Assembly (NCBI RefSeq): GCF_009914755.1
Contig: NC_060926.1
Origin: the human T2T-CHM13v2.0 reference genome, Homo sapiens
Strand: one strand, 5' to 3'
Length of the DNA: 64,000 nt
The position numbers and the translations under genes were made by a program. The notes below the pieces were generated by a model, which was not told the origin of the DNA, did no database searches, and worked only from the letters and a program-made list of their open reading frames with translations. Position 1 is the first letter of the stretch, and every line of letters begins with the position of its first letter. Shown one piece after another: positions 1 through 13,380 of the stretch.

Positions 1-423
1 ACTGGTTTACGAGGGGAAATGTTTGCTTGGTTGCTTAAATCTGATATCCTTCTTTGACAAGGACTAAAATGTGGTAAGTTTTCCTTTACCATTAAATATC
101 ACTTCTACTTCTTCCCTATCTTCCACAGCCTAAAAGACGAGGATCCTGAAAACTTCCTGTAACTTAATCTCACACATAGGAACCTATCCTCCTGAGCAAT
201 ATCCCCTCTGGGAAGCAAAGTGCGTCATTTTATGAAACTCATTTGTAATGTTTATCTCTGAAGATGTATTTGAGACAGCATAAGTGATATGTCAAATGTA
301 CTGTGCTATAAATTTGCCTTTAAGATAGAGAGTGTAGCATAAAATATGAACACGTGGCAGAATCTTGCACTCAAGGTTTAAAATCTGTTGAAAATAAACT
401 CACTAATACAAATGTTCTGCATT

Positions 424-634
424 CATTTCCTGATCTGCAAAATTTCAAATTCTTAATGCAAGTTCTAAAGAGATTAGGATTTTGACCTGCCTAGATTTCT
501 GTTAAGACTAATTTTACCTGTTTCCTTTTATTTATTTATTTTTTTAATGTGGTTCTAGACATTTAGGTATGTCAAGGTCCTAGTCTCTTGAGGACTTGGA
601 TTAAGAATTTGGAAACTCTGCAGATCAGGAAATG
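424..634. repeat. Inverted repeat, arms 424-500 and 557-634 (about 83% identity), 56-nt spacer
   Basis: Left arm catttcctgatctgcaaaatttcaaattcttaatgcaagttctaaagagattagg... aligns with the reverse complement of the right arm, catttcctgatctgcagagtttccaaattcttaatccaagtcctcaagagactagg... Confidence 0.93.
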
Positions 635-1061
635 GAAAAGAAAACTGGAAAAGAGGAATACTTTGCAATGAGTTAATACTGCTGCCTAATACATCTCGAA
701 GAAATCAGCAAAGACCCATCAATTGCTTTCACATCACACTCAGTCGCACTAGAGAATTTAAGCAAGCTGGAGAATAAAGACATTGTAGAGAAAGTGTCAC
801 TAAGCTTTCTCAGCAATGGAAACAGAGTAACCGGTGAATTTCACTCCATAGCTTGTCAATGTCTTCTCAACCTGTAGGTGATGCAACTAAAAAATACCTA
901 TGCTAAGTCACTGTATCTGCTTTGGAAAATTGTCTCAGAGCCCCTCTTAGATTCCAGCTGGGTCTTAAATATTTTTTTCAAGGTTTTTTGCGTATCTGAT
1001 TGATGGAAAATAAAAATTCTTTTATAGAATTCCCAAAACATTTATAATAACTACTACATAA

Positions 1062-1523
<462 letters not shown>

Positions 1524-1729
1524 TGTTTTTATTCTTAAAACAACTAAAAAACAATAACTGGTCCTGGGTTAGGTTTACTCCTCACCACCTTAAAATGTTT
1601 GTTCAAAAATCTGTAATCCAAAATTTAAACCATATCCTCAATGAGGTACAGCTCCTACTTCAGAATACGGAGAGAGGTGAGAAAAGATTTTGACTGAATA
1701 CTGCAACTGCTGACAACAATTGTGTTTGT

Positions 1730-2172
1730 GTTCAATATAGTAGCCAGTAGCCACACATAGCAACGAGTGCTTGAAATGTTGCTGAGGTAACTAAAAAACT
1801 GAACTTTTAATTTAACCTTGATTAAAATTCAGATTAAAAAATTGAAGCAGTGTAAAAATATTTCACACTCTTATTTTGGTAGAACTGCATTTAACTTTCA
1901 CCATTGAAAATTTAGCATGAGATACCCTGGAAACATACAATACACACTGGATCTCAAGGAATTAGTATTAAAAAAGAATGTAAAATATTTCTCACTAATA
2001 ACTGTTTAAATATTGATTTTATGTTGAAATGATTATATTTTAGATATATTAATTTAGGTAAAACATATTAAAATTAATTTTACCTTTTATTTAACTTTTT
2101 TAAAAATGAGACTACTAGAAAATTTAAAGTTACATATGTGGTTTGCATATATTTCTATTTTGGACAGCACTG
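1730..2172. mobile_element. hAT-Charlie DNA transposon relic (MER3/MER33-like)
   Basis: Termini resemble MER3/MER33 (caatatagtagccagtagccaca... and ...ttacatatgtggtttgcatatatttctattttggacagcactg). Confidence 0.7.
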
Positions 2173-3099
2173 GCTTAAAATATATTTTCTACGTAGAAAC
2201 CCCATCGACTCAAGCTTAAAAGCTCATCCTTCCCGTATTTTTCTCCATGTCCAGCCCATAGCCTAGAATCCCAGTGTTCCCATTTTTACATTCCAACCCG
2301 TGGTAGAAGCACTCTCCCAGGCTCAAAATCTTAGAGTTATTTTTAACTGTGAGAAAGCTAGGGGAGGAAGGACTCAGTAAACAAGTCCAAGTACTCCACC
2401 TTTGTGGAATCTCTCCTCCCCACCCCTGGCTTTTATTCTCATTACTATCAACCTTGTCGTGTACAAGACCCTGAATGCTTCACCAAATGCAACCAACAGC
2501 AGCCCTTCTCTGTTTCGAGGGATCTCCTCCCTGTTGCTGCATCGCATCAGGATCACCTGAGGCACTTATTAAAAATGCAGATTCCGAGTTCCCATCTCAG
2601 ACCTTGCGTATCAGAATCTGTTTTTAGCATCTCTGTTTATGGGTTCAGGAATCTGAAGAAATGACATTTAAGCTGAGATACGAAGGAGGAGTTAACCAGG
2701 TGCAGTGGGAAGAAAGCTCTGCAGATTTAAAAAGCAGCACATACCAAGGCCCTGGGAGCAGAAGCAGCTTGGTGCTTTTCAGAAACAGTCATAAAACCAA
2801 AAGGCTCAAAGAAGCCTTCTTCTCTGATCCCCACCCCACCCCCAAACTTAATAGAACGTTTGGAGCCTCTCTCACTGGCCAGGATGTGAATTTTGTGAGG
2901 GCAGGGGCCACATTTGACTTGTTCGCCACTTTATCCACAGTGGCTAGCACAAACGTTATACACAGTAGATGCTCAGATAATACACTTATTTACATATAGG
3001 ACCCATAAAAGTGCCATTAAGAAACACAAAATAATATTTCTCTTTAAATTGTTCTCATCCCCTATATCCATCTCTCTTTCCATAAGCAGTCCTCTAGCA

Positions 3100-3295
3100 A
3101 CAGTGGTTCTCAAACTTATTAGAATTCCCTAAAGGGCTTGTTTAAAACACAGGTTAGTGAACCCCACCCTGAGAAGTTCTGATTCAGTAGGTCTGATTCA
3201 CAAGGGGAGGGCCCAAGAATCTGCATTTCTAACAAATTCCCAGCTGATGCTGATGCTGCTGCTCCAGAGACCATACCTCAAGAACCATTGCTGTA
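3100..3295. mobile_element. MER5A-like hAT MITE
   Basis: cagtggttctcaaactt...ctgattcagtaggtct...gaatctgcatttctaacaa...gaaccattg. A second partial copy lies at about 2535-2625. Confidence 0.75.
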
Positions 3296-4795
3296 GTGGG
3301 GAAATAAAATGAACTCAGCATCAAAAAATAGATTATTCTAGTTCTGGCTCTGCCACATAATAGCAATGTGGCCTTGTAAAGGTATTTAATAACTTCTTTG
3401 GGGACTTATGGCTCTTAACTGTGTGGGGAAGGAATTAAAAAAAAAAAACTGTCCCACTTCCCTATACTCATGAAGATTCGATGGAACCTAGTACCTGAAA
3501 GTGACTGGTCAGTTACAAAGTCCCAAATGAATAAAAAGTGTTATTAACGGTGTTTGTTATTAAAGTTGCTATTCATAGTGGTGATATCAACAGGGAGTTT
3601 ACAGACACACAGGAAGCCAGAGAGAGATGTGGAAACAGAGAACTTTGTCACCTGTATGTCCAGGGCAAAGGCACAGGGCTTCTCTATAAGACTCAAACTG
3701 GAGCCCAGCCTGCCCCGTGGAGCACAGCCATGGAAATACACGGGACTAAAGAAATCCTTTGGGGTCATGTGCCATTTTTAACAACTGTTAACTTTTTCTA
3801 AAATGTTTCTTTTGAGACAAAGTGTTAGATTCTTGGTGAATTTGTTTGAAATGTTGGAGGAAGACTGTGTTGGTCATGAAAATTACTTACCAACCCAGAT
3901 GCTGAAATAAATTTAGCTGTTGAAAATTAAAGAATTTTTGTAATGTGTAATTTGTTATTCCAATACATGTGTTTTCAAATACTGTACCATGTTTCTCATA
4001 ACCCAAGGAATGCCATAAAATTATTTTTTATTTAATTAAAAATGTATGCAGTCTTCTAGTAGTTTCTAGTGGGCTGAGTGAGGTTTAGCCAACAAACACC
4101 ACTGCTCCCCACCACCCCGACACAAGGCAAAACAAAAACTCATAACTGTTTAGGTATTACTATAATTTTCAAAAGACTGTAAACTCACTTAAGAATTTAG
4201 ACCTCAACAACACTTATACCTGAAGCTGTATGTTCTCAAGTTTTGAAACAGGTAAGCATGATCATTTGGGGAAACTATATTTATTATTTTTTTTAAGCAA
4301 CAAGTTTAATTTGCTTGCCTTTTTTGTCCATTTTACTTTGTTTTTGTTCTTTTTGTTTTTCAAGGTTAACTTCAAAAATTATTTTTATCAGCTTTTTTGG
4401 AGTTAAATCCAAATAAAACTTAATGTCATCTTGGAAATTTAAATATATTTTGGTGATTGCCAGTTACAATAAAGTTAAAAGCTAGGTATATACTAAATTT
4501 GAAGAAAAATGTTATTAAAACATTAATCTTTCCCTTTCAAGATGACAACTACACCAAGTGAATCTGTTTGAAACTCATTTGTAGAACATTTTCTTTCCAT
4601 TTAGCAGCAATGTTATCACTCTGTAAGTCAAGTTCTCACAATTCAATTTGATGTATTAAATAGAAATTTGATTATTAAAAAACGTCAATTTTAAACTCAC
4701 CTTTGGTCAACCTTTGCTTTTTGTTTTCAAATGTAAAGATCACCATACGGCAGAGAACGTATACAGGAACAGACTCTTACTACAATGACCAAGCT

Positions 4796-5098
4796 ATTAT
4801 TATTATTATTATTATTATTTTCCTTAGAGACAGAGTCTCACTCTGTTGCCCAGACTGGAGTGCAGGGGTGCAATCACAACTCACTGCAACTTTGAACTCC
4901 TGAGTTCAGCCTCCCAAAGTAGCTGGGACTACAGGCTCTGGTGCCACCACACTTGGCTAATTTTTTTTTTTTTTTTTTTTTTTGTAGAGACGATGCCTCC
5001 CAATGCTGCACAGGCCGGTCTTGAACTCCTGGCCTGAAGTGATCCCCCGACCTCAGCCTCCCAAAGCACTAAGATTACAGATATGAGCCACTGTGTCT
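4796..5098 (-). mobile_element. Old Alu (AluJ-like) with (ATT)n tail and an internal deletion
   Basis: Diverged Alu dimer in reverse orientation with a central poly(T) linker. Confidence 0.9.
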
Positions 5099-5732
5099 AT
5101 TCCCAAACTATTAATTTTTGAATCACCTTAAAAGATTTTCAGAATGAAGAGAAAAAAAATCACTTTTACTCCAAACAACACGTTCCAAGCATGGGTAATA
5201 TCAAGGCATCACTCTGAAAGTGATACCACTAAATCAGAAGTATACCCTGTAGAAGTAAACCAACAGAGAAAAGGAAACTTCCCCTAAAAATGCAGTCAAT
5301 TCCAGAGGTTGGCAAAAGGTGTACAACTCCTAGTGAGCATAGCCAAGGAATTCATTTTTCTTGCAAGGAGGGTGGTACTAAGAAAAAGATAATCAGAGAG
5401 CACACAGCTTTGAGGGAGGGTAGGTCTGCATGACACCCTACTGGGGAGGCTTTTGGAAAGCCTGAGGGCAGGTGAGAGGACTGTGTGTCTGTGAACCACA
5501 GAAAATGCAGAGACATGGAGGGCCAGGACAGGTGGGGAGGGGAGACTAAACTAGGCCTTATCAGATCAGGGACCCATGGTGGTCACCCATTGGTACGTAT
5601 CACATTAGTTGACAATGTCTAATTTACTTTCCTGGATACACTAAATTTTGCTTTTTTGCTAACCAAAAATTTAGAAAATATACACCTAAACCATTTATTA
5701 TTTGGATAAAAGTTAACTTTCTGCTACATATG

Positions 5733-5734
<2 letters not shown>

Positions 5735-5780
<46 letters not shown>
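5735..5780. repeat. (AT)23 microsatellite
   Basis: Directly visible. Confidence 0.98.
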
Positions 5781-5784
<4 letters not shown>

Positions 5785-6057
5785 AGAGATAGATCAATGG
5801 TATTAAAAAAAAAACCATAAGAAAGGATAATCCAAAAACCACCTAAGATCTGCTTCTGGAAGCTATAAAGTAAGTGGCTTCAGCATCCTAAATTTGTTTT
5901 AATTAAGCTAATGATAACAAAAATTGATATTCCTTGATGATATAAATACAGATGGTAGAGAAGTAGCTTAAGCATATCACTAGTTCATATGGTAATTTTC
6001 TCTAAACTTAAAAAAATAAAGGCAATGTTATCAATCTTCAAGAAGCCCAAATGAGAT

Positions 6058-6357
6058 CAGATGTGGTGGCTCACACCTGTAATCCCAGCACTTTGGGAGG
6101 CCATAGCAGGCAGATCACCTGAGCCCAGGAGTTTGAGACCAGCCCAGGCAATGTGGTAGGTCCCTGTCTCTACAAAAAATTAAAAAATTAGCTGGGCATG
6201 GTGGTGCACGCCTGTAGTCCCAGCTACTTGGGAGACTGAGGTGAGAGGATCACTTGAGCAGGGGAGGCTGAGGCTGCAGTAAGCAGTAAGCTGTGGTTGC
6301 ACCACTGCACTCTAGCCTGGGTGACAGAGCGAGACCATGTCTCAAAAAAAAGAAGAA
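6058..6357 (+). mobile_element. AluJ-like, full length
   Basis: gtggtggctcacacctgtaatcccagc...gagcccaggagtttgagacc...A-rich tail; degenerate TSD agcccaaat(g/t)aga. Confidence 0.92.
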
Positions 6358-8333
6358 AGAGCCCAAATTAGATAATTTATATCCAGATCATGGAGAGAAG
6401 GGCCCTCCCTGGGCCAGCTACCATTCATGTTGAATAGATATTAATCCGTTTTTTAGAGCTTTTTAGAGGCAAATTTCAAATCAGTGAAGATTTAAAACAT
6501 CAATATGTCTACATAATTCTCTTCCAAGATGATTAAACATTTTTTTAGAGACTAAATTTCCCCATTAGCTAAAGCAACCCAAATATGTACCTTACTCAAA
6601 TATAAAGTCTAAGAGTAACCCCAAAAGAAAATTTTCATTTGTTTGTTGTTTTGACACATAATAATCTAGGATAGATGCTCTTCACATACCACTGCCTATG
6701 TACTCAGGAAAAGATGTACACAAAGCCATGTCACTTATTTTTCTACCTTATCACCCATCACTTCTTACATAACCCTCTAGTCTCCAACATCCCTAGACAG
6801 CCCCCGCTCCCCAACTCCCGCCCAAGCCTTTCTCACTCGCTGGGATGTCCCCTGCTCAGAATGTGCCTATTCTCCACATGTCACCCCATCCGCAAGGATT
6901 TCTCCTCCTCAGAAAACTATACCCTTATCTAAGTTTTCACTCTTTGGCCAGTTATTTACTATTTCCTGTAGATATTTATCTTTTTATGCCTTGATCCCTT
7001 GCCCTGCTTCTCCCCACACACATTAAATGAAAAGTGCTTTTAAAACAAGGACACCTTATACCCCCAGTGGAATAAATGCTGATTAAATATCTAGTGTATG
7101 TCCAGGCACTGGGCTAGATGCTTTCTCATTGGCCTCTTTGTAATCACGCACAAAGTCTAGCACAGGCTCAGACACACTGTAACATGCACTGAATACAATG
7201 TTTGCTAACTGAGACATCAGACCATCAAAATCCAACAGCACGAAAAGTTTTGTTACCACCTTACCTTCCAGATTCATAAACCCTAACACGCATTATCTCC
7301 GAAACACTTCATCTCTGTCCATGGGTAAACAGGAAAAGTCAAATGCTTAGACTTCTGGTCTAACTCACCGGCAATGAAAGAAATAGTCTCTTCAGTGTGA
7401 CAAGTTAGATTCAACCAGCATTAATTGTTGGTTCAAATATATGCCAACCAATGACACTGCTAGAGATTAAAGCTAAATGGAAAGGCTCTTCACGTTAGAG
7501 CTCAGCTCCCAGTTAGGAAAGCACCATGCATACATACAAAGAACATGAGACTCAATATGTTTGATAGATGTGTGTAATGTGGACATGTGAAACAGAAAAT
7601 CCCTAAGACTTGGTAAGACTATTAGAGCAGGTGTCCCAGAGATGATCAGCCCCCCTGAAACTTGAAGGACACTAAGGACAAGGGCAAGAAGTATTTCCTG
7701 GAGAAGGAACAGCATGCACAAAGGCCCAGAGATAAGAGACAGTGGTTTATCATCCTGAGGTCAAGGGTAAGTATGTGAGGAGGACCCTTAAGAATGGACT
7801 GAAGAGGTGGTAATGCCAAACCCTGAGGAACCTTGATGACAAACTATCCCCTCAAGAGACTGACTCCCTTGAGGCCAGACCCCACATCTGTGCATAGTTG
7901 TGTCCTCAGGGCCTGGCACAATGTGTGGTCCTAGTACTTCCAAAGCATGTCCTGTGGGAAGTGGCTCTAGATGGACTCTGATAGAGTTGGGCACTCCTTT
8001 CTTCTGCTCGCCTAACTTCCTCTAGAAGAGACTATCATATTGTTTGAGTAAATTGTTTACATTCTATGTAGCTCCACAAAACCAAATGGTCCCTTTAAGG
8101 GCAGAGGCCAGGCTTATTCACCTTAGTATTCCCAAGACTTAGAATGCTGGACACATGTCAAAGACCCTCAATTAACCTGGCTGAATGAACATACCCATAT
8201 ACTATTGGTCCATCTCCATACCTTCCTTTAAGCAGTTACCTAGATCTTCCTACATCTTCTTTCTGCTGCTCCCTAATAGGAATCATTGGGAAGAAAACAC
8301 AATGACTGAAACCACCCGTGAAAGCTACATTCA

Positions 8334-8337
<4 letters not shown>

Positions 8338-8374
<37 letters not shown>
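8338..8374. repeat. (CA)n microsatellite
   Basis: Directly visible. Confidence 0.98.
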
Positions 8375-8377
<3 letters not shown>

Positions 8378-8959
8378 GCCCTCCCCCCCAATCTGCAAAC
8401 AACTCAGCACAAACATATTGACACCCACATATGTAGAAACACCCCCACACAATCTGTCATCCTATATACCTCTAACCTCAAACAGCCTTAATTTTTGTCT
8501 GTACTGAACTCACAGCTACAAAATAATTTCTCTTCATTCTTCTACTGAAGAATGAAGGCATTCTGGGAGGAAAATGTCAATGTAATGTGACTTTATACTT
8601 TGGAAGGGGGAAAAAGAGGTGCAAGAAATATTAAGATGCAGTTAATTTGACTCCATATGCTTTTGTGCTTAAGTTATTAATTTCCCAGTCACTTCATATT
8701 ACTCCAGTAATGTAATGTTCTCATGAAATGCAAAATGTAAATTATGTTTCCATTCAGAACTTAAGCCATTCCACAGAAACCTAGTTTTCATGCAATTATT
8801 TTGATCTTGCAATATGCCACAAACTACAATGTACTAGGATGTTACCCTTACCATTTCATACATTTAGAATTTCAGAACTCAAGTTTTCTGTTAAAATGTC
8901 TGCATTAAAGGCTTTTTAAAAAGAATTATTAAGACTAAAAGCATAGCAGCAACCGCCAG

Positions 8960-9745
<786 letters not shown>

Positions 9746-10719
9746 CTTAACATACATGAACAAAGGAAATCTCGCTTCTTTTCTCCAGAAAGGTTGTCAG
9801 AGTTCTGGAGATGTTGCCCCATGTGTACAAGTACAGTTTACGGGAAAACAGACACACACACACAACTCACCATCAGGAGACCTGTGCTCTAGTCCTAGCT
9901 GTTACCACTTATGATGTGCCCTCAGGAAAGTTACCTACTCTTTAAGTCTCACTTTCCTCCTCTGCAAAATAGAGCTAATCCCTTCTTCAGCACAGCCCTC
10001 GCAGGATTATCGTGAAATGTGAAGAGAGATGCTTTCTGTGCAGATGCTTCATATGCTGCAAAGCACCACACAGGCAGCGTAATTATTAAAACATTTTATC
10101 CCAAAATCCTTCTTTATGCAACGTGGGTCTTATTAACACCCAGTACCTGAATATACCTTTCTGGTGAATAAAGAGCCTGCAATCACCTGATTCTAGCTAA
10201 GATGGTTAGAGATCAGTTTGAGATGTTAGGAGCAGACCACCTCCAGAGGCTGGTGTTTCATTCAACCATCAAAGACGTCAAGCCCCAACTCCTCAACTTA
10301 AATGTGGCATTGATTAGAAAGTCAAAGGGTTTTACCCAAACAGTACAAACCCAATACCACATGGAGAGAAACTGCCCAGAGCCCATATACTACTAAAATA
10401 TGGTGCATATCTTACTACATCTCATATCTCATCTGCTGTGATATATGTGGCTTTTTCTATTAGATGTATGAATATACGAGTGGCAGAATCAATCTCTGAT
10501 GAAATGTCTATATTTTCCTTCCTCGTGTAGATACACATATAGCAGAAAACTAAGTGTAGGGGAAAGGTACAAAATGTTATACGTAAACAAACTAGACAAT
10601 ACATGCATCTCTGTGGAGAAAACACCTCAAATCATCAACATCAGCCAAGACTTGTGGTCCAATTCCACCCACCTTCAATGGGTGATAGGGTTTTTTAAAT
10701 CCAAGTAAAATTAGCTGTT

Positions 10720-10975
10720 GGCTAGTATTTACTGGGCCCTCACTATATGCTGGGCACTACAGAACCTAAGGGCTTTATGTATATTCTGTCCTCTAATTCT
10801 CTCAATAGCCCTAATGCTATTATCCCTCCCCATTTTCTAGATGAGGAAATAGAGGGTTGGAGAAATAAAGCTGTTCCCCAAGTTCACCCAACTTATATGT
10901 GGTACAGTCAAGATTGAAACTCAGGCCATCTTACCTTCAGAATTCACATGCTTAACCACTACCTCACTCTGCCTT
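10720..10975. mobile_element. MIR SINE
   Basis: MIR core cccattttctagatgaggaaatagagg...cccaagttcaccca. Similar MIR relics at about 9880-10090, 15690-15830, 24800-25010, 27600-27830, 28740-28890, 40960-41170 and 60880-61480. Confidence 0.7.
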
Positions 10976-11425
10976 TCATATAAGCAGCAACAATTAAAGT
11001 GGAATCAATGCTCATATTCCCTTTGGAAATATTTTCTGATAAAACAAATGTTTCAACTGGAAAGAATGTCAGAACTATTTAGATGCACCTATATAATAGC
11101 TGTTCTAACTCTTTAAAAAGGAATAAGCAAAGGAATCGAATCTACTGAGACAGGAAGCCAGGAGTGCGAACTACAACTCATCTACCCTCCCCTAGAACCC
11201 ATGGTCTCATTTTCAGCTCACAGAATGGTACTACTGACTACTAGAACTTAGTGTGGGTAGAAAAATTTTTTTTCAGAGAATACCTCATATTAACAACTTT
11301 ACCAGCATTTTCATTTCATTCCGTCACCTTCTCAAAAAAATCGGTGTCACTTAACAAGTTCTACATAAACCAAAAATGGAAACCCCGAAGGCCAACAGCA
11401 AAGCAAGGATTTCATTCTTAACCCG

Positions 11426-13380
11426 CACCTCAGTGTGAGATGAGCTGAAGCTTCATTTCTACCTGCCGCCCCTTTCTGAAGGGTAGGTACTGACTGGGCT
11501 GGAGTGAAGGAGAAACACCAGGTGATAACATCACTGTTCCTGGCATGTTCTTTATGTATCAGGCAGCCCGATGGTGCTTTACCTGTGCTATTTCACAGAA
11601 GGCTTGCAAGGTAGGTGGTGATGTTTCCATCTTAGGGAGGGGAACATGGAAGCCCAGGGATAGACACCCAGCTAATAAGTGGCTGAGATGACTTTTTAAG
11701 TCTGGGTCTGACTCCAAAGCCTGTTCTCCTGCAGCATCATGCTGGGGTTTTCTAGAAGCCAAGAAAGGGACACAGAAGCAAAAGACCCCACCCTTCTTCC
11801 ATCACAGTCCATCCTATTTGCTGTGCCAGAAAGCCCTGAAGAAGGGTAGAATGTGGATGGCTCCATGTTGGGCTGTTTCCTCCAATTCATTAGCAGGGGT
11901 GAGGTCCTCTCATCCCTCTGCTACATTCTCTCCCACACCTCACCAAGAAGCTGATCAAAGAGGAGTATCAGTTTGTGTGCTCTGCAGGGACTGAGAGAAC
12001 AGGCAGTGGCCAGACTGTGAAAGGACTTAAACAGACCTGCACGATCCAGTCTCCTAGACCCTAGCACAGGTGGCTACTGAGTACCCAAAATGTGAGCACT
12101 CTGAACTGAATGTGCTCTAAGTGTAAAATACGCACCAGATTTTGAAGGCTTTCCAATAGAAGAAAGAGATAAGGAAATGTAAAACAGCTCATTAATAATT
12201 GTTTATCAATTATTTACATGTTGAAATGAGAATGTTTTGGATATTTTGAGCTAAATAAAATACAGTATTAGAACTAATTAGTATGATTAATTACTTTTTA
12301 AATGTGCATGCTAGAAAATATAAAATTATATATGTGGCTCACATTACATTTCTATTGGAAAGTGGTCTTAAGAGATCATGTTCAAGAATTTGTACTTTAA
12401 GAACAATGGCAGCCATTGTGAGCTTTTAAACGGGGGCATAACATGATCAGAATTGAACTTTAAAACATTACTCTAGCTACAAAATGGAGAATGGGCTGCC
12501 AAAGGCAATGAGCCAATGTGGGGAGAGTTCTACAACTTCTACGAGGTTCTACAACTGCCGAGGAGAAAGAAGATAGTGCCTGAAACACAAATGACTCTGC
12601 TTATTGCAGCAGAGATGGAGAAAAGCAAACAAATGTAAAACATATTTAGAAAGCAGTGCCCATGAGATGAAAAAAAATTGATTGAAAGGACATCTATCAC
12701 AGATGCCTCCCAGGGTTTTGCTATGAGCTGAGTGGATGGGCCATTCAGCATTCATCGTCTGGTATTTATGCATCTACGAAAAAAAATGGTCAATCAAGTA
12801 TCCTAGGGTCACAACAGCCTTTCTCCATGAAGTTCCCCTGCAAGAAGCGTGAATCATACATGCTCTGGGGACTTTGGAACTCGTGCATGCTGTTCCAAAG
12901 TGCTTTCCTTCTGAAGAGCTCCCAGAAGAAGTGCCTCAAGATTTTGCCAAGTCAAGAAACACTTTGGAAAGCTGTCGGAAATGATGGTAATGGATGCTAA
13001 GACCCGGAAATAGGCTGAAAGCACAGAGAGTGGGATGGAGTGGGGTGGAAGAAGGGTGGGGTCTGCTCCACTGTCCCTTTCTTGGCCTTTTCTCTAGGAA
13101 ATGCCAGCATAATGCTGCAGGGGACAGGCTTTGGAGTCAGACCCAGACTCAAAAGCCAGCTTGGTCACTTATAAGCTGGGCATGTCTACTCTTGGGATCT
13201 TCTAGGCTTCCACGTTCTCATGCCTAAGATGGGAAAATCACCACCTACCTTGTAAGGATTTCATGAAATGGCTGTTATCATTCAGGCTTTCTCTTCCACT
13301 CCAGCCACGTCAATACCTGCCCCGTAGGAAGGGATATCGGGTGTAAACAAAACTTCAGGGCATCTCACCTCTCACAGGTG
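11426..13380. repeat. Ancient inverted duplication, arms about 11426-11826 and 13021-13380
   Basis: Colinear reverse-complement similarity across a MIR relic and its flanks; 26-bp perfect block at 11699-11724 / 13124-13149. Confidence 0.9.
12058..12365. mobile_element. MER33-like hAT DNA transposon
   Basis: ctagcacaggtggctactgagtac...gtgtaaaatacgcaccagattttgaag...atatgtggctcacattacatttctattgga. Confidence 0.7.

Noticed and set aside
7473-7721. 82-aa ORF with a signal-peptide-like hydrophobic N-terminus on the KLF7 strand
   Set aside because: Partly overlaps repeat-like sequence, with no promoter, splice or homology support. Hydrophobic ORFs arise readily from T-rich introns.
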